Assembly: GCF_963921235.1 (NCBI RefSeq) | Contig: NC_086109.1 | Coordinates: 33,048,001 to 33,112,000 of the forward strand | Direction of reading: 5' to 3' | Source: Mobula hypostoma | Lineage: Eukaryota | Length of the DNA stretch: 64,000 nucleotides | Part shown: piece after piece, positions 1-11,589 of the stretch | How the letters are laid out: every line of letters starts with the position of its first letter | How positions within the stretch are numbered: position 1 is the stretch's first letter | Notes under the pieces: model-generated | Databases searched by the model: none | What the model was told of the DNA's origin: nothing | Seen by the model: the letters and a program-made list of their open reading frames with translations, nothing else | Program-made: the position numbers and the translations under genes

Positions 1-119
1 TTTCATCTGCTTAATCTTAACGGACAGAATATCAAGGATGAAGCTTATTCTTCAGTGTACTATCACTTACACGTAGAAATATAAATTAGTACATACATGG
101 CAGCACATTTCCAAAACTT

Positions 120-280
120 TCAGAGGTTGATAGATTCTTGATTAGTCAGGGCATGAAGGGATACTGGGGGAAGGCAGGATATTGGGGCTGAGAGGGAAAA
201 TGCATCAGCCATGATGAAATGGCGAAGCAGATGCAATGGGCCAAATGGCCTAGTTTTCTCCTATATCTTATAGTCTTATT
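120..280 (+). mobile_element. CR1 LINE 3' end fragment
   Basis: gcatgaagggatactggggg...gggccaaatggcct...cttatagtcttat tail matches the other CR1 3' ends in the window. Confidence 0.75.
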
Positions 281-622
281 ATGGCAAAATCCATTAGGTG
301 CATAAATAGTAATGGATTGAATATGCACAGATCTTATTAAGAAGAACGAGTGGAAACACTGTGCTGTTTCATCAACACAAAACTTTCATCAATTCTCATA
401 AAGAGGCAGAAGACCCAGGCAACCTTTTATGCCATTCACTTCAAGGTTTCCATTTCTTTTTATGCCTTGTTAACGTTTCACTGATCATTTTTTTTTCAAG
501 AAAAATAGATCCTTCTCTAAGAAATAAAAAGACATTTTCATACCTAATAAAGGCATCGGTTTCATATTCACAATAAATATTCTAATGTAGGAATAAAATG
601 CTTCAAAATGCTGATTTCTTAC

Positions 623-646
623 CTGGGCTTTGTGGCAATTCAGTAC
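623..646 (-). CDS. pi16: Candidate 24-nt pi16 micro-exon
   Basis: Acceptor ccttcttcctactttacaacag|GT ACT GAA TTG CCA CAA AGC CCA G|GTAAGAAATC; phase 1-1; encodes GTELPQSP. Confidence 0.6.
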
Positions 647-893
647 CTGTTGTAAAGTAGGAAGAAGGCAGGCTTGTAAATAGTTCAATCGGAGTTTATT
701 GCAAAAAGTTAATCATGATATCATGTACAGTATACGGTAACCCACAATTCTGGGATAGGTGGTAATTATGTTCCTCTGGAGCTAGAAGTTTGGTGCAAGG
801 ATAAATAAGTAGCAGATTCCACAGTGGCTAGCATCTACTATCATTCAAAAAGCACAATTTGCCAGGATTCTTCAATCAAGATAGAAGCTCTTT

Positions 894-1209
894 CTTTCTT
901 TCTTTTTAAATCTTTTTATTGAGTAAGTATACAAAAAAGGTAAGCCATATAAACATTAATACAATGTTAAAGTATAATAAAATTCCAAAAGATATCAATA
1001 CCAAAAAAAATACTACAAACAATGTAATGTAAACATAAGAAACCAAGATAACATAATAGTATACTAAATTTTATATATATCAATGGAAAAAAAAAGAAAA
1101 AAAAAACCCCCAAAAAAAACCCACCGTGCAACTAACTAAAAGCAAGGCAAAGCAATGGGCTAACTTGAAACCAAACAGAGTTAAAATTAAAATCACGTCC
1201 TCAATCCCA
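894..1209 (-). mobile_element. L1 3' UTR fragment with 9-bp TSD
   Basis: Reverse-strand aataaaaagatttaaaaagaaag tail like that of the L1 ending at 50877; TSD aagctcttt at 885-893 and 1210-1218. Confidence 0.8.
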
Positions 1210-1774
1210 AAGCTCTTTAGTTAAAGGGATGCCACTCAACCTACTTTCAATCTATGGGGGAACATTCTACCAGACTTACAAAAAAATCATTCCTTCTTGT
1301 ACTGTAGAAGCACATTCTGCATTAATTGTGATAAGAATTTGGACTGAATGTGAGGGCCATGTATGAGGCTTTGTCTCTCAGACCTCACGTTGCATCACAT
1401 TTATGGAGGAAGAAGAACCGTTTACTGTAGTGGAAACTAGACAGATCAGCAGAGAAATTTGATAATACTGTAATTCAAGTCTAATCCATCCTTGAAACTG
1501 TTTAACTCTGATGCATATCTGAGTCCTTCTCTAGAACTCTAGGATGCTGTGTTTTAGTTTTTAAGTAACCACTTTTCATTAACAAGGGTCTGTACATCCA
1601 ATATTGAAACTTACTGCATGGAAGGGGGCTATTCTGTTCATTGGGTCCATGTTCTCTTTTCACAGATGCCGACTGACCCATTAAGTGTTTCCAGCACTTT
1701 CTGTTTTTTTTAAAACTTAGATTTCCAGCATCTACAGTGTTTTTCATTACCATGTGAAAATCTTGGGAGTCTGC

Positions 1775-2200
1775 CTGTTGCATTGTGAGCAGTTTTGTGC
1801 CCCATTTCTGGGAAAGGATGTGCTGGCATTGGAGAGAGTATGGCGGAAGCTTACGACTGTGATCTCAGGAACGGAAGGGTAAACTCAGGAGAAGCATTCG
1901 ATGGCTCTGGACCTGTACTCGAAGGAGTTTAAAAGAATGAGGGGAGGGATCTCATTAAAACATACAAAATACTGAAAGGCCCAGACAGAGTGGACGTGTA
2001 GAGGATGTTTCCAATAGTGAGACCAGAGAGAACAGCCAGAGAATAGGATTCCCTTTAGAACAGAGATAGGAAGGATTTTTTTTAGCCAGAGGGTGGGGAA
2101 GCTGTGTAATCCTTTGCCACAGATGGATGTGGAAGCCAAATCTTTGAGCTTATTTAAGGTAGAAGTTGATGATTTCTTGATGAGTAAGCATAGTGAGTAA
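1775..2200 (+). mobile_element. Decayed CR1 3' fragment
   Basis: Degenerate RT C-terminus (tgtgagcagttttgtgccc...ggatgtgctggcattggag...tttagccagagggtgg). Confidence 0.8.
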
Positions 2201-2691
2201 TTAGTAACTGATCCTGGGGCACTCCATATTTATGCAGCACATTCAAAATATTCAAATCTATTGTGGTGTGAATGTTCTGGGGCTCTTGCACATAAATTCA
2301 CAAAACGTAATAAATATTCTTAGAAATGAAGTAAGAGATTGCCCCTTGAGAAGAGCCATTGACATAAAATTATGTTGGAGAATCTCATGCTTTATATGAG
2401 AGAATAATTTTTTTACCTGGACATTTTTTTTCAGGCACAGACTAGTGTAAGTGGTGATCCTTTCACTAGTGAGAGGAAGAAAGAGAGCCTCCAAAGGAAA
2501 AAAAACAGTGATCACCAGAAAAACCTTTGGCCCTCCTTTATATTCAGAACAAATCATGAACATTGGCTACATCCCCATAAACAAGCAGCCTGACTTTATC
2601 TTGCCCTATGTTTAGGCTTTAGTTGGTGACTAATAATGAGAAAGAGTTTTGAAGCAGAATAGCCTTGGGAAGGAGAAATGAGATTTCTTAC

Positions 2692-2712
2692 CTCCTATAT
2701 GCTGAGTAGAGG
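2692..2712 (-). CDS. pi16: Candidate 21-nt pi16 micro-exon
   Basis: Acceptor gtttcctttgcag|CC TCT ACT CAG CAT ATA GGA G|GTAAGAAATC; phase 1-1; encodes ASTQHIG. Confidence 0.6.
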
Positions 2713-2846
2713 CTGCAAAGGAAACTTAGAATAATCTTCAACTTGAAGTTAAATCTGCAGGCTAAAATTAAAGAGAAAAATTAAATATCTAGTGTAATTA
2801 ATGTGCCAAAATCATAAATATTAAACAAACTAGTTCCAGAATAAAA

Positions 2847-3047
2847 TGGTTGTTCCTTTCTGTGCCTTCTGGTGCATAGGGCTGCAACCTGGCCTTTCCT
2901 TTAGCATTTTTGTCTGTATTTTACGAGGCAGATTTGCTAGTTCAATGCTCAACCCAGCACGGATGGAAAGCGTGCAGGGAACCGGCCAAATTCGGACCTG
3001 GGGCCACTCACCTCCACTCCGGTGTGGATGCCATTACAACACCAGCC
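2847..3047 (-). mobile_element. tRNA-derived SINE (decayed)
   Basis: Minus-strand head ggctggtgttgtaatggc (A-box-like) and ggtccgaatt (B-box-like), followed by a LINE-like tail. Confidence 0.55.
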
Positions 3048-3615
3048 ATCTAATAGTTAGGACTAATGAACATTAATCAAAATTTAGATAGAAGTTCTCA
3101 TCTACTTTTTTTAGACAGAGATGCACATCCACAATTGGGGTGCTCAATGAAGAATTATATTATTCGTCATCCAGCTCGTCCATCTTTAGAAAGTTATATT
3201 GTATGTACTATATTATTTTCTTAGAATTTTGTACCAGTTACTGATTTAAGATACAGACACATGCAGAGATGGGGGGCAGTGAACACGCCTTCATCAAAAT
3301 CTCGACACTGAGAATGTCTGACTAAACTCCAGATTACACAGAGAGCAAAACTATCCCAGGGACTTTGCCGAATAACTGGAAATTTAATGTGTTGTGGAAT
3401 TTAATCTGGGATGAGGCAAGAGGAGTGTTGCAGTGACAGGGGACTCCAATATTCGAGGAGCAGACAGGAGATTATTTGGACGTGAAAGTGATACCCAAGT
3501 GGTGTGTCACCTCCCAGAGGCCAGGGTCAGGAATGTCTCCAATCATATCCCTAGCATTCTAAAGGGTGAGGGCAGACAGCCAGAAGTTGTGGTGCATATT
3601 GGTACCAACAACATA

Positions 3616-3693
3616 CAGTACTGTGAAAAACTGTGTTGGGCACATATACACTAATACAGTAGCTAGGGTGCCTAAGACTTTTGCATAGTACTG
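3616..3693. mobile_element. Miniature Tc1/mariner-type MITE
   Basis: Imperfect TIRs cagtactgtgaaaaa...gggcac / gtgcctaagacttttgcatagtactg, flanked by TA on both sides. Confidence 0.6.
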
Positions 3694-4292
3694 TAGTAAT
3701 TTTATGTATTGCACTGTACTGTTGTCGCAAATAAAAACAAACTTTATGACATGTGAGTAAACCTGATTGTAATATGGGTCTCTACTGTGGACTGAGAGTG
3801 GGAAGGGGGCAGGGAGAGTGGAATCATGGTTGGAGAAAGGAAAAGGGAGAAGGGAGGGAGTGGGAGGAACACCAGAGAGACATTCTGTAGTGATCAATAA
3901 ACCACTTGTTTGGAATTAAATGACCTTGTCTGGTGTCTCAGGGCTGGTTGTGTCTGCACCTGGACATATATGTTTGTGTGTGTGTGCCAAAGACTTTTGT
4001 AGAGTTCTGTAGGTAGGAAAGGAGATGAGGTCCTGAAGAGAGGGTATAGGGAGTTCAGTACAAAACTGAAAAGCAGGCCCTCCGGATTGCTGCCTGTGCC
4101 ACTCACCAGTGAGGATAAGAATAGGATAATTTGGCCATTGAATGCATGGCTAAGGATTTGGTGCAGGTGACAGGGGTTCAGATTTCTGGATCATTGGGAT
4201 CTTTTCGGGTGAAGGTATGACTTGTACAAAAAGGAACCGAGGGAGATCAATATCCTTGTGTGCAGGCTTGCTAGAGCTGTTGGATAGGGTTT

Positions 4293-5500
4293 AGACCATA
4301 AGACTATAAGACATAGCAGCAGAATTAGGCCATTCAGCCCATCAAGTCTGCTCCACAATTCCATCATGGCTGATCCCAAATCCCACTCAACCCCATACAC
4401 CTGCCTTCTTACCGTATCCTTTGATGCCCTGACCAATCAGGAAATGGTCAGCTTCTGCCTTAACTATATGCATGGACTTGGTCTCCACCGCAGTCTGTAA
4501 CAGGGTATTCCACAGATTTGCTACTCTCTGGCTAAAAAAATTCCTCCTTGCCTCTGTTCTAAAGGGCCAACCTTCAATTGTGAGGCTGTGCCCTCTAGTT
4601 CTGGATACTCCCACCTTAGGAAACATCCTCTCCACATCCAGCCTATCGAGTCCTTTCAACATTTGGTAGGTTTCAATGATATCCCCCCGCATTCTTCTAA
4701 ATTCCGGTGAGTGCAGGCCCACAGCTGCCAAATGCCCCTCATATGTTAACCCCTTCATTCCCAGAATCATCCTCATGAATCTCCTCTGGATTCTCTCCAA
4801 ATGACAGCACATCCTTTCTGAGATATGGGGCCCAAAACTATTGGCAATAATCTAAGTGCAGTCTGACTAGTGTCTTATAAAAGGTCAGCATTATCTCCTT
4901 GCTTTTATATTCTATTCCCCTTGAAATAAATGCCAACATTGGATTTGCCTTCTTTATCATATACTCAACCTGTAAATTAACCTTCTGGGAGTCTTGAATG
5001 AGGACTCCTAAGTCCCTCTGCACATCTGATGTTTGAGCCTTCTCCATGTTTAGATAATAGTCCGCACTATTGTTCCTTTTACCAAAATGCATTATCATAC
5101 ATTTCTCAACTCTGTACTCCATCTTCCACTTTTTTGCGCATTCTTCCGATTTGTCTAAGTCTTGCTGCAATTGCATTGTTTCCTCAGCACTACCTACCCC
5201 TACACCCATCTTCATATAATCCACAAACTTTACCACAAAGCCATCAATTCCATTATCTAAATCACTAACAAACAATGTGAAAAACAGCAGTCCCAATACT
5301 AACCCCTGAGGAAACCACTAGTCACCGGCAGCAAACCAGAAAAGGCCCCCTTTTTTTCCCCACTCGCTGCCTCCTGCCTGTCAATCAATTCTCTATCCAT
5401 GCCAGTATCTTTCCTGTAACACCATAGGATTTTATCTTGTTAAGCAGCCTCATGTGTGGCACCTTATCAAATGCCTTCTGAAAATCCAAGTAAATGATCC
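4293..5500 (-). mobile_element. 5'-truncated CR1 inserted antisense into the older CR1
   Basis: RT C-terminal ORFs 4838-5296 and 4387-4812; (cttatagt)n-like tail at 4293-4315. Confidence 0.9.
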
Positions 5501-6266
5501 AAGTAAGTTGGCAGGGGGATGGGAACTATAGTGATGGGGCAGTTGGTATACAAGTAGATGCAGTGTGTAGTTTAGAAAGCATTTAGCTTCTGATAACAAG
5601 GGGGACAATATTGAAAATGATGATGAATACAGAACTGAATGAGTTATATTTGAATGCCTGCAGTATACAGAATAACATAGATGGTATTGTAGCGCAGTTA
5701 AAGATTGGCAGGTATAACCTCATGGGCATCACTGACTTGTGTATGAAAGATCATAGTTGGGAGCTTAACATCCAAGGAGCTTAACATTGTACCAAATAGA
5801 CAGGCAGGTAGGCAGAGAGGGGTGGTGGCTCTTAAAATGAAATCAAATCCTTTGAAACTAGGGCATAGGATTGGAAGCTGTAGAAGGAGAAGGTGCTTGG
5901 AACCCGAAAGGTCTGAGGTAGATTAATTATCTGGACCAGATGGATTTACACCCCAAGGTTCTGAAAGAGGCAGCTGAAAAGACTGATGGCATTAGTACTG
6001 ATCTTTCACGAGCCACGAGTTTCTGGAATGGTTCCAGAGGACTGGAAAATTGCAAATGTCAGTAACTTTTTCAGAAGGGAGAGAGGCAAAAGATAGCAAA
6101 TTGTAGGCCAGTTAGCCTGAGTTCAGTATGTCGATTAGCTGTTGTGATGCGTCTAATGTTGTAGTGTAGAGGGGAGCACCTGTCACTCTCACTTTGTTTC
6201 CACTGCTGATAGCAGTCTTGTCAAAAGGAGAGCTGAATGTGTGAGTTTCTCCCTGCCAGTACACAG

Positions 6267-6822
6267 GGGTGTATGGGGTGTCAGGGAGGGGTAGCACCTC
6301 TGGTGGGGGAACATGTCGCATCCTTTTCAAGGCAGTTAGTCTACCTTTGGTCCCCACCTGGCACTCAGCTCTCACCTGTGGCTCCCCATAGCTGTTTGCA
6401 TGCGACAACAGCCACACCCCAGACAACGGCTTTGACAAGCTGGCTAAACTAGGTGAGGGTAGCCGACGGGTCTCAAACCCTCGGTGAGATAGGGAGTTGT
6501 CTATCCCAGCATGTGAAGACAGACTCCGGCGGACTGAGTGGACGAGACCAATGGAAGGTCCAACGGTCAAGAAGGCAGTCTCTGTAAGCGTCATGGAACG
6601 TGTAGAGCATGACAAGACACAGAAGACGTCCTGGTCATCCACTGCGCCTAGTCCCATCTCCAGCTGTCTCGACTCTTGTCTTGCCACTGGATCCAGAGGG
6701 GAATTGGGAAGAGAGAGTGAGGCTGACGCTGTGCAACTCTCCCTCACTTAAATCCATATCAAGCACTAGTCTCGACACCATCATGGTGTCGATGTCTTCA
6801 TCGACGCGATGGACGAACAACA
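6267..6822 (+). mobile_element. Non-autonomous RTE-related element with (AAC)n tail
   Basis: TSD acacag at 6261-6266 and 6823-6828; ends gacgaacaacaac; no credible ORF. Confidence 0.65.
6275..6457 (+). ncRNA. Predicted HDV-like ribozyme at the 5' end of the element (probably decayed)
   Basis: Manual fold: P1 ggggtgt/acacccc, P2 ctcacct/aggtgag, P3 ggc/gcc with L3 starting tcc, P4 cggctt/aagctg, J4/2 gctaa. Confidence 0.45.
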
Positions 6823-9055
6823 ACACAGCCTCTGCAACAACAAGGCTCATGTAGTGCCTCCTCACTGGCGACACACGGAAACTGAACTCCTTTTACACTC
6901 AGGCTGAACTACAGAGGACGGGGAGGAGGACTGACCTCTCCACACACAGCACACAGGCCTTGGTTCTTGTGAACCAGATCCCCAGTGATGGGTAAGTAAT
7001 CCCACTGCCTTGTGGGAAGCCTCGGGAGAGACAAAGGTTATGGGAGTAAACCCAGACCCTAAGGCAGCAAGACATCACTGAACATCCTCCCAGCAAGCTC
7101 CTACAGTCAAGCCAATGCCAAACATATTACTTCGCTTTCCTTTGGACTACACCAGTGAGGCCAAGAGGCAGATCTTGACAACTGGGCACCCCAGGATCTC
7201 CATACTTTCTGCCCAGGCTGGTGCCCTGGAGAGGTAATCCCAGTGCCGCTATCTATTGTCCTTCAAGACAGACAGATGCCATCAATCAGTGGTTGGTAAA
7301 ATGTTGGAGTCCATTACTAAGGATGAGATTTTGGGGTATTTGGAGACCCATGATATAATAAACTGAAGTCAGTATGGTTTCCTTAAGGGGAAATCTTGCT
7401 TGACCAACCTGCTGGAGGCCTTCAAGAAAATAACAGGCAGGATAGACAACGGAGAGTCAGTGGATGACGGATTTTCAGAAGGCCTTTGACAAGGTACCGC
7501 ACATGAACAAAATTATAGCCCATCGCATTACTGTAAAGATATTAGCATAGAAAGAAAATTGGCTGACTGGCAGGAGGCAAAAAGCGGTAATAAGGGGGCC
7601 TTTTCAAGTTGACTACCAGTGGCTAGTGGTGTCCCTCAGAGGCTGGTGATGGGACTGCTCCTTTTCATGTTATATGATTTGGATGGGGGAATTGACGTCT
7701 TTGTGGTCGAGATTGTGAATGATACAAAAATAGATGGAAAGGCAGGTGGTGCTGAGGAAGCAGGGAGAAGAACTTAGACAGATTGGGAGAATGGGCAAAG
7801 AAGTGGCAGATGGAATACAACAATGGTCATGCAGTTTGGTAGAAGGAATAAAGGCATAGACTATTTTCTAAATGGGGAGAACATTCAGAAAACAAGTTGT
7901 TTGGGATCCCTCATGTAGGATTCTGTAAAGGTTAACTTGCAGGTTAAGTCAGTGGTAAGGAAGGCAAATGCAATGTTAACAGAATGTTAGAATGTAAAAG
8001 CGAGGATGCAATACTGAGGCTTTACAGAGCTTTGGTCAGGCCACACTTTGAATATTGTGACCAGTTTGGGCCCCTTGTCTAAGAAAGGATGTGCTGGCAT
8101 TGGAGAAGGTCCAGAAAAGGTTCATGAGAATGATCCTGGGAATGATAGGGTTAATGTATGAGGGGCATTTGATGTTTCTGGGCCTGTACTCGCTGGAGCT
8201 TAGAGGAATGAGGAAGGATCTCCTTGAAACTTATCGAATACTGAAAGGCCTAGATAGAGTGGATGTGGAAAGGACGTTTCCTTTAGTGGGGCAGTCTCGG
8301 ACCAGAGGAAACAGCCCTTTAAAACAGAGATGTGAAGAAGTTTATTTAGCTAGAGGGCGGTGAATCTGTGGAATTCATTGCCACAGATGGCTATGGAGGC
8401 CGAGTCATTGAGTACGTTTAAAGTGGAGGCCAACAGGTTCTTCATTAGTAAGGGTGTTGAGTGTCAAAGCCTATGGGGAGAAAGCAGAAGAATGAGGCTG
8501 AGAAAGATAACAAATCAGCCATCGTAAAATATAGCATCAATGGGCTGAATGGGCTAATTCTGCTCCTATGTTTTATGGTTTTATAAACCAGAAAAGAAAC
8601 AATTGCCACTATTGCCAGTCCACTTGTTGTCAGTCTCAAGAGAGCCTTTAAGCTGTTCGGTATTGAATCCAACTGGCAAGACTAGCACGTATTATGAGCT
8701 GGAGTGACATCCCATATGTACCATGTGCCCAGATCTTTATCCACCAATGAACACCTCCCAAATCCCCATCATCCCACAATCTAAAGGCATCGTTTGTTTT
8801 CAAAAGGAAGCCATTTTGTAGTGTGGGCCTGTAGAATTTTTACCCACAATCACTAATTCAGCCAATCAATACGATAATAATAATTTCAAATCCTTGTATC
8901 GCAAGAAATATATTTCCCACGTTCATCTTTCCCACAGTATTGTAGCACTGTTATACAATGCAAACCCAACCCATCCATCTCATTTCCAAGCTGTTTCCAA
9001 ATCAGTAACGTTATTATGTGGTCATTAGTATTTGCAATTAAGCATTGATTCTTAC

Positions 9056-9076
9056 CAGTTGTGCCTGCCTTGGAAG
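9056..9076 (-). CDS. pi16: Candidate 21-nt pi16 micro-exon
   Basis: Acceptor gtttgctttttgattactttgcag|CT TCC AAG GCA GGC ACA ACT G|GTAAGA; phase 1-1; encodes xSKAGTT. Confidence 0.6.
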
Positions 9077-9451
9077 CTGCAAAGTAATCAAAAAGCAAAC
9101 TTCAGTGCTAAAGAGTAACAGTTAAAGTAACTATACAAATTGTCCAAGAACTGAGAAGAATATTGACCAGACTTCAGATCTATAACTGCAGCGTGATGTC
9201 AAATCAATATTGTAATAGAAAGAATTAACCCTTCTTCTGATCCTTTTTTTTCCCCAGCTTTGGTTCAGAAGTTTCAGATTTGACTTTTCAAGGGTCAGAT
9301 CAGCTTTCTGCATCATCCTCTGCCCCTGGGGACCACGAAAATGCGTGAGGTTTGTAAACTGAAGGCTGAGTCGGTCCCTTCAGTACCCTGCTGGTTAAAA
9401 TTACCCTGGTGCTTCAGATCAAAGGGAATGGGTGAGGTCAACACAGCAGAT

Positions 9452-10490
9452 TCAAGATTCAAGATTGCTTAATGTTATTTCCAGTACACAAGTGATAAGG
9501 AGGACAAAATAATTGTTACTCTGGATGAACATGGCACAAAAAATAAGATAATATATATAATAATAATAACACAACAAATATCAATACATATGATAGCTTA
9601 TATACATAGATTGACTGTGTGCCGTAAAGAGATGCTACGCACAGGATTGTCTATACATAAGGTGACACTGACAGGAAATGATAAAGTAGTGGTGGTGGGG
9701 TGTGTGCAGGGGTGGGTTAGTTGGTGGAGGTGTTGATCAGCCTTACTACTTGGTGGAAGTAACTGTTTTTGAGTCTGGTGGTCCTGGCTACGTAGCCTCC
9801 TCTCTGATGGGAGTGGGACAAACAGCCCTTGAGCAGGGTGGTTGGAATCCTTCGTGATGTTACTGGCCCTTTTCCGGTATATATGTCCTTGATGGAGGGT
9901 AGGCTGGTACCAGTGAATCTTTGTGCAGTATCGTCTGCTCGTTGTAGAGCTTTCCTGTCCACCCCAGTGCAGTTTCCGTCCCGTGCATTGATGCACTATC
10001 GTCTACTCGTTGTAGAGATTTCCTGTCCACCCCAGTGCAGTTTCCGTCCCGTGCATTGATGCACTATCGTCTACTCGTTGTAGAGATTCCCTGTCCACCC
10101 CAGTGCAGTTTCCGTCCCGTGCATTGATGCACTATCGTCTACTCGTTGTAGAGCCTTCCTGTCCACCCCAGTGCAGTTTCTGTCCCGTGCATTGATGCAC
10201 TATCGTCTACTCGTTGTAGAGATTCCCTGTCCACCCCAGTGCAGTTTCCGTCCCGTGCATTGATGCACTATCGTCTACTCGTTGTAGAGCCTTCCTGTCC
10301 ACCCCAGTGCAGTTTCTGTCCCGTGCATTGATGCACTATCGTCTACTCGTTGTAAAGATTTCCTGTCCACCCCAGTGCAGTTTCCGTCCCGTGCATTGAT
10401 GCAGCTTGTGAGGATGCTCTCTACCGAGCAACGGCAGAAGGACGTGAGTATAGTTGTCTTCACTCCAGCTCTCTTCACCTCTTCAGAGAG
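9452..10490 (-). mobile_element. Rex1/Babar LINE 3' fragment containing a minisatellite
   Basis: FCRCSVESILTSCI..GNC..DRKALQR...ARTTRLKNSYF motifs; (aatcttg)n tail at 9452-9465. Confidence 0.85.
9925..10400. repeat. Minisatellite, 7 x 68 bp
   Basis: Unit gcactatcgtctactcgttgtagagattccctgtccaccccagtgcagtttccgtcccgtgcattgat starts at 9925, 9993, 10061, 10129, 10197, 10265 and 10333. Confidence 0.97.
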
Positions 10491-10959
10491 ACAGGTGTAA
10501 CAATAGTGATGAGGCAGTGAAGGCAGAATCAAATTGGCTGAAGTGTGGCTTCTGTGATATTGAGGACACGATAACAAAGCTAAGCGGGATCGTCCACTTT
10601 GTACTTTCACTTGGAAGTGGTACTGAATGGTTCCATACAGTAACAGACCTTCCAGCCCAATGAGGCCACACCTCCAATTACACCCATGTGACCAATTAAT
10701 CTACCAATCCATACATCCTTGAAACGTGGGAGGAAACCCACGAGGTCACGGGCAGAACGTACAAACTCCTCAAAGACAACCGCAGAACTGAAGCCGGGTC
10801 AATGGCACTGTAATAGTGATATATTAACCGTTACGCTACTGGGCCTCCCATTCTCCGAACCCTAAGTTATTGAGGATGGGAGTGTTCTCGGTCTCTCCTC
10901 CTCAATTTAACTGTCTAATCAGGACACGATGTGACAGGACTTCTGATCCATGAGCTGTG

Positions 10960-11345
10960 AGATCAGAATCGGAATCAGGTTTATTATTACTAACATATAT
11001 AGTGAAGTGTGTTGATTTGTGGCAGCAGTACAGTGCGATGTGTAAAAGATGATCGTAAGTTACATTGAGAAATATTTAAAGTGACTAAGTAGTGCAAAAG
11101 AGAGCGGAGAGTGAGGTCGTCTTCACGGCTTCATGGACTGTTCAGGAACCTAAACCTGGCAGATGGGAAGAAGTGTTTCCTAAAGCATTGAGTGTGTGTC
11201 TTCAGGCTCCTGTAACTCTTCACTGATGGTAGTAATGAGAAGAGGGCTTGCCTCAGAAGCTGAGGGCCCTTAATGATGGAATCCATCTTCCTAAGGCACA
11301 GCCTTTTCAAGATGTCCTTAATGGTGGGGAGGGTTATGCCCATGA
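10960..11345 (-). mobile_element. Rex1/Babar-type 3' fragment
   Basis: LPTIKDI..RLCLRK..SIIK.P...LFSLLPS.KSYRSLKTHTQCFRKHFFP; aataaacctgattccgattctga tail. Confidence 0.8.
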
Positions 11346-11589
11346 CAGAGATTGCACAATTCTGTTCACTTACATGTCGTTTTAGCTCTTTAAAATGCAT
11401 TTTATCCTGTGTTGTAGCTTCACCAGGCCAGGCACCTCTTTAGTATTCCTGCGGCTGTTCACGACATAACCTTTTGCAGTCCTTTCTGAGGTGAAGTTAA
11501 TAGAAATAGTTATACCACACCATGAGGTTACAAATGGTGGTATGTACAGTTCTGCTGCTGTTGCTAGTCCACTGAGTACAACAGTAAGG

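Larger units (their letters stand above)
6128..7285 (+). mobile_element. Non-autonomous RTE-related retroposon inserted in CR1, host of a second element
   Basis: Interrupts the CR1 YRPVSL/SVVGK codons; 5-bp TSD tcagt at 6123-6127 and 7286-7290; family assignment is inference. Confidence 0.55.
3430..8585 (+). mobile_element. Old, long CR1 LINE (ORF1 esterase, endonuclease and RT remnants) interrupted by younger insertions
   Basis: ORF1 SGNH-like GDSNIRG...VVVHIGTNN at 3433-3610; collinear ORF2 remnants at 5640-6120 and 7290-8470; ttatggttttat tail near 8580. Confidence 0.85.

Noticed and set aside
1502..1783. ORF containing PLPCSK resembling a CAP hinge
   Set aside because: The true hinge exon is at 23718-23806; this ORF overlaps a pLTR remnant
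2417..2465. Minus-strand exon-like unit with a strong acceptor
   Set aside because: 49 nt, weak GTAAAA donor, stop codon in the phase-1 frame
6112..6874. Cluster of overlapping ORFs up to 211 aa
   Set aside because: Falls within GC-rich non-autonomous retroposons and crosses their TSD boundaries
8445..8672. Hydrophobic ORF (LAIVAIVSFLVYK) as a pi16 anchor exon
   Set aside because: Needs phase 0 whereas upstream exons end in phase 1, weak acceptor, and it runs into an antisense CR1 tail
9925..10400. Regular repeats resembling a CRISPR array
   Set aside because: Head-to-tail 68-bp units with no unique spacers, derived from LINE coding sequence in a vertebrate context; no cas genes
11374..11485. 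Minus-strand AG...GTAAGT unit of 112 nt
   Set aside because: Stops in all three frames and no similarity to PI16; cannot be excluded as a minor truncating or non-coding exon
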